A DNA stretch of 64,000 bases, taken from contig JBBRKR010000013.1 in assembly GCA_038231795.1 (NCBI GenBank), positions 20,164 to 84,163 of the forward strand. Reading direction: 5' to 3'. This stretch comes from Acidimicrobiales bacterium (GTDB lineage: Bacteria; Actinomycetota; Acidimicrobiia; Acidimicrobiales; JBBRKR01). The position numbers and the translations under genes were made by a program. This document shows, in pieces, positions 61,115-64,000 of this stretch. Positions within the stretch are counted from its first letter, which is position 1. The number at the start of each line of letters is the position of its first letter. The notes below the pieces were generated by a model. The model saw only the letters and a program-made list of their open reading frames with translations. It ran no database searches and had not been told where the DNA came from.

Positions 61115-62428
61115 ATGCTCGCAACTGCCCATCAAACCATTTTCGCCCACGCTGGAGGGCTCGGTACTGGCGATGCGCCAAAATGGCTCCTGCTCTACGG
61201 TGCGATAGCAGTGATGGTGGCGGCGTACCTATACGCTCGCGCCACTTTCCGAACTGCTCGGCTGAGCGAAAGTGCCGGAACTGCGATGCCGAAATGGTTC
61301 GACGACGCCACGGCCGTGGCCCGCATCCTCCTCGAAATACTCGGTGTCGTGTTTCTCATTCTGGCCATTGCAGCTGGCCTATTTGGAAGCAAGCAGCCGG
61401 CTTCAAACGTGGCAGGACTGCTGTTGTTTATCGTGGCCTGGTACGTGCCCATAGTGGTCAATGCTGTACTCGGAAACGTTCACGCGGCCGCCAATCCATT
61501 CATCACCATCGTTCGCGGGCTGACGCGAATCGGTGTCAAATTTCCTAAGCACGACAACCCTGCCACGTGGACGGCACCGGTAATGATCGCCGCTTTCGTG
61601 TGGTACGAATTTGCCTATTTCGATTCTTTCAGCCCGAAGAATTGCGCCGTTTTCGTCGCCGCATATGTAGTGGCAGTGGCCGTTGGCGTGGGTTTGTGGG
61701 GCGCTGAATGGCTCGAGTCCGGCGAAGGTTTCGGGGTGTTTTTTCGCATCGTTGGATCGATCGGTATCCTCCACCGCGGCGGCGACGATCGGGTGCAAAT
61801 TCGGATACCCGGTTCTGGGCTCACCCGCACCACTTTCTCCCCCACTCAGCTCATGACCGTGCTGGTGGTGTTGGCGGGCTTCGTGTACGACATAGCCAAC
61901 TTCACCACTGCGTCCACAAGCCAAACGATCTTTGGCAAGCTGGCCCGCGGTTGGGCAAACATGAAAATCGGCAGGTTGGGTTGGTCGTACACGTTCGTTG
62001 CCACCATTCAATTGGCATGGATTTTGGCGGCAATCGTGATGATTTGGATGGCTGTCAGCAAGCGGTCGTGGTGGGCCACCGTTGCCCTTGTGCCCCTGAC
62101 TGTTGGCTTGACCATCGCTCATAACTACTTGCGCATCCTCACCGATGTGCAAAACACGTACGCCCAACTATCCGATCCTTTTGGCAAGGGCTCTGACATC
62201 TTCGGCACCAACTCGTACTACCCGTCTTCGTTCGGCATCTCCATCACCACCATTGGTTACGTGAAAGCTGTCGTAGTGGCACTCTTCGGTGCGCTGGCGC
62301 TCGTCGTCCTGCACGACCGGGCCATCGAACGCGTCGGTGTGCGCCAAGCACTTCAGGAATCAATGGGCCCGATTTTGTGCGTGATTGGCACCACAGTGAT
62401 TTGCCTCAACGCCATCCTCGGTGGCTAA
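61115..62428 (+). CDS. Polytopic membrane protein of unknown function (resembles proteins labelled fenitrothion hydrolase/FedB-like)
   Basis: About 10 TM segments with NPF, WYEFAY, GEGFGVF, IAHNY and SDPFG.G.DIFG. Alternative start GTG 61109. Confidence 0.75.
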   Translation: MLATAHQTIFAHAGGLGTGDAPKWLLLYGAIAVMVAAYLYARATFRTARLSESAGTAMPKWFDDATAVARILLEILGVVFLILAIAAGLFGSKQPASNVAGLLLFIVAWYVPIVVNAVLGNVHAAANPFITIVRGLTRIGVKFPKHDNPATWTAPVMIAAFVWYEFAYFDSFSPKNCAVFVAAYVVAVAVGVGLWGAEWLESGEGFGVFFRIVGSIGILHRGGDDRVQIRIPGSGLTRTTFSPTQLMTVLVVLAGFVYDIANFTTASTSQTIFGKLARGWANMKIGRLGWSYTFVATIQLAWILAAIVMIWMAVSKRSWWATVALVPLTVGLTIAHNYLRILTDVQNTYAQLSDPFGKGSDIFGTNSYYPSSFGISITTIGYVKAVVVALFGALALVVLHDRAIERVGVRQALQESMGPILCVIGTTVICLNAILGG

Positions 62429-62618
62429 TCATCTGACCACCGCCGGCCAATTTTCTGTCGGCCTGCTCGCCCATCAAGGCGGTTGGGATGAGGTGCTCAT
62501 TGTGGTGGCCCCGCTCATTGCCATTTGGCTTATTTTGCTCGTCGCCAAGAAGCGTGCCGATGCCGCCGCGGAGTCGTATACGGCTACCAAGAACCGACCA
62601 CCGGTCGACGATGAGTAA
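62421..62618 (+). CDS. Small single-TM hypothetical protein
   Basis: LAHQGGWDE followed by one TM helix and a basic tail. Overlaps the upstream stop and fills the gap. Confidence 0.7.
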   Translation: MANHLTTAGQFSVGLLAHQGGWDEVLIVVAPLIAIWLILLVAKKRADAAAESYTATKNRPPVDDE

Positions 62619-62624
62619 CCACCG

Positions 62625-64000
62625 ATGACGACGCTCACGTCCACACTTACTGTTTCGACGGACGAACTAGCGCGGATCAAGCACCCGAACGTCGGCATCG
62701 TGAACGAGACGGGTAACGACGATGGATCGTTCTCCCAACAGTCAGGCCCATTCGCGTCATACGAACGAACCGTATCGGTAGTCGCCACAGGGCAAGAGCG
62801 CCACACGGTCACGCAAACAATTCGCTACCAACTACTGATGCCGTACGTGGGGTGGATCATCGCGCTTCCGCTCAAACGTGCCCTTCGCCCCAGCGTCCCC
62901 GCTATCGATTCACCTCGCCGCACACCATGGTGGGCGCCGCCCGATCAACTCGATGCCCATACCATCAACGTGTTGGGGTTGCTCTGCGGGGCGTCGATCG
63001 TGGGCGGGTACCTCAACACGCTCATCACCCAAAGCATCCTGCCCGCATCCGATGAATTTGGCACGTCAAAGCATACCGAGGCCATCGCGTTAGCTGTAGT
63101 TCGTATCGGTATTCTGATATCACTCGCCCTGGCCACCGTTGCCGATCGAAAGGGGCGACGAAACGCAATCCTGCTGTGCCTCGTGGCTGGCCCGATATTC
63201 GCCGCGCTTGGCGCGCTGAGCCCCAACCTGACGTTCTTAACGATCACTCAGCTAGTCAGCAGATCGTTTGCCTTGGGCCTCGGGATCTTGATACCGATTT
63301 TTGCCGCAGAAGAAATGCCGAAAAACTCGCGGGCCTACGCTCTGTCGATAACCAGTCTCATTATGGCGTTCGGCGCAGGACTCTGTGTCTTCTCACTCCA
63401 TTTGGCTGATCTGGGCGTCAAGGGCTGGCGATTGATGTATGTGATACCGCTGCTGGGGTTGGCTATCGCCGCTCATATGTTTCGCAAGCTCCCAGAATCT
63501 CGCCGGTTCGACGCCCACAGGCCCGATGAATACGCCGCTGCCGATTCGCCTCACCATCGGCCGTCTTTGAAACAAAATATGGGCCGGCTCGTAATGCTGT
63601 GTGTGGGGCTGGCATTGCTCAATGTATTCGTGGCTCCCGCTTCGCAACTGCAAAACCGATATCTCAACAACGAACGTGGTTTTACGAAGGGCGACATCAG
63701 CAATTTCACGTTGCTTACCAACACGCCAGGCGGAATTGGTGTGGCTGTCGGCGGAAAATTGGCCGACGCCTATGGCCGCCGAATTGTAGGAGCCGTGGCC
63801 GTCGCCGCCCTCGGCATCTGCACCACGGCGAGCTACTTCGCCAGCGGTGTGTGGTTGTGGCTGTGGGCAGCAGTGGGCGCCATCATTGGATCGGCCACTA
63901 TCCCATCGCTCAGCGTGTACCTCCCAGAGCTCTTCCCCACCGCCTTGCGCGGCAAGGCCAATGGCATCATCAGCACGGTGGCCGTGATGGGCAGCGCGAT
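62625..64000 (+). CDS. MFS transporter with a soluble N-terminal extension (3'-truncated by the window; absent from the ORF track)
   Basis: Open frame from ATG 62625 to the window end, containing ADRKGRR, AEEMPKNSRA, LPESRRF, GKLADAYGRR and ELFPTALRG. Confidence 0.9.
   Translation, partial: MTTLTSTLTVSTDELARIKHPNVGIVNETGNDDGSFSQQSGPFASYERTVSVVATGQERHTVTQTIRYQLLMPYVGWIIALPLKRALRPSVPAIDSPRRTPWWAPPDQLDAHTINVLGLLCGASIVGGYLNTLITQSILPASDEFGTSKHTEAIALAVVRIGILISLALATVADRKGRRNAILLCLVAGPIFAALGALSPNLTFLTITQLVSRSFALGLGILIPIFAAEEMPKNSRAYALSITSLIMAFGAGLCVFSLHLADLGVKGWRLMYVIPLLGLAIAAHMFRKLPESRRFDAHRPDEYAAADSPHHRPSLKQNMGRLVMLCVGLALLNVFVAPASQLQNRYLNNERGFTKGDISNFTLLTNTPGGIGVAVGGKLADAYGRRIVGAVAVAALGICTTASYFASGVWLWLWAAVGAIIGSATIPSLSVYLPELFPTALRGKANGIISTVAVMGSA

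Noticed and set aside
1..64000. Genome-wide amber recoding suggested by two in-frame TAGs
   Set aside because: TAG ends many full-length genes here (fabD, fabZ, trpA, trpF, menA, menB), and no suppressor or pyrrolysine machinery is visible.
1..64000. CRISPR arrays, tRNA/rRNA, IS elements, prophage and defence systems
   Set aside because: No regularly spaced repeats, cloverleaf or rRNA-like segments, or transposase, integrase or phage motifs were found. Intergenic space is minimal.

Overview
A densely packed, GC-rich core-chromosome segment of an actinobacterium. It is most consistent with class Acidimicrobiia, inferred from mshD, a Mycobacterium-type RpiB motif and a FAS-II operon with canonical fabZ. 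About 70 CDS are present: fabD(partial)-fabH-fabG-acpP-fabF and fabZ; a PLP decarboxylase plus MFS-cNMP pair; trpC/F/B/A, trpE and hisC/B/H/A/F/I with inserted genes (RNase Sa-like, orphan GroES, YgfZ, ABM monooxygenase, two-component system); UvrA2/DrrC, nth, mshD, VIT1 and rlmN; a scattered menaquinone cluster (menG/F/D/H/A/B); amidase-SDR-MFS; amtB; yyaL; glyA-rpiB; an RDD/SpoIIM/DUF58/MoxR/DUF4350/DUF4129 module; meaB; and a final MFS gene running off the end. I saw no rRNA, tRNA, CRISPR array, transposase, integrase or prophage. The most notable observations are: (1) a ~105-nt structured RNA or attenuator with its own -35/-10 promoter and terminator upstream of the UvrA2/DrrC gene; (2) FabD fused to a lysine-less biotinyl/lipoyl-like domain; (3) an in-frame TAG inside an otherwise complete enoyl-CoA hydratase; (4) an apparent CTG start for trpC; (5) an internally deleted BCP peroxiredoxin coupled to fabZ; (6) pervasive leaderless-type promoters; (7) uncharacterised membrane modules. 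All calls come from motif recognition by eye; no database searches were run.
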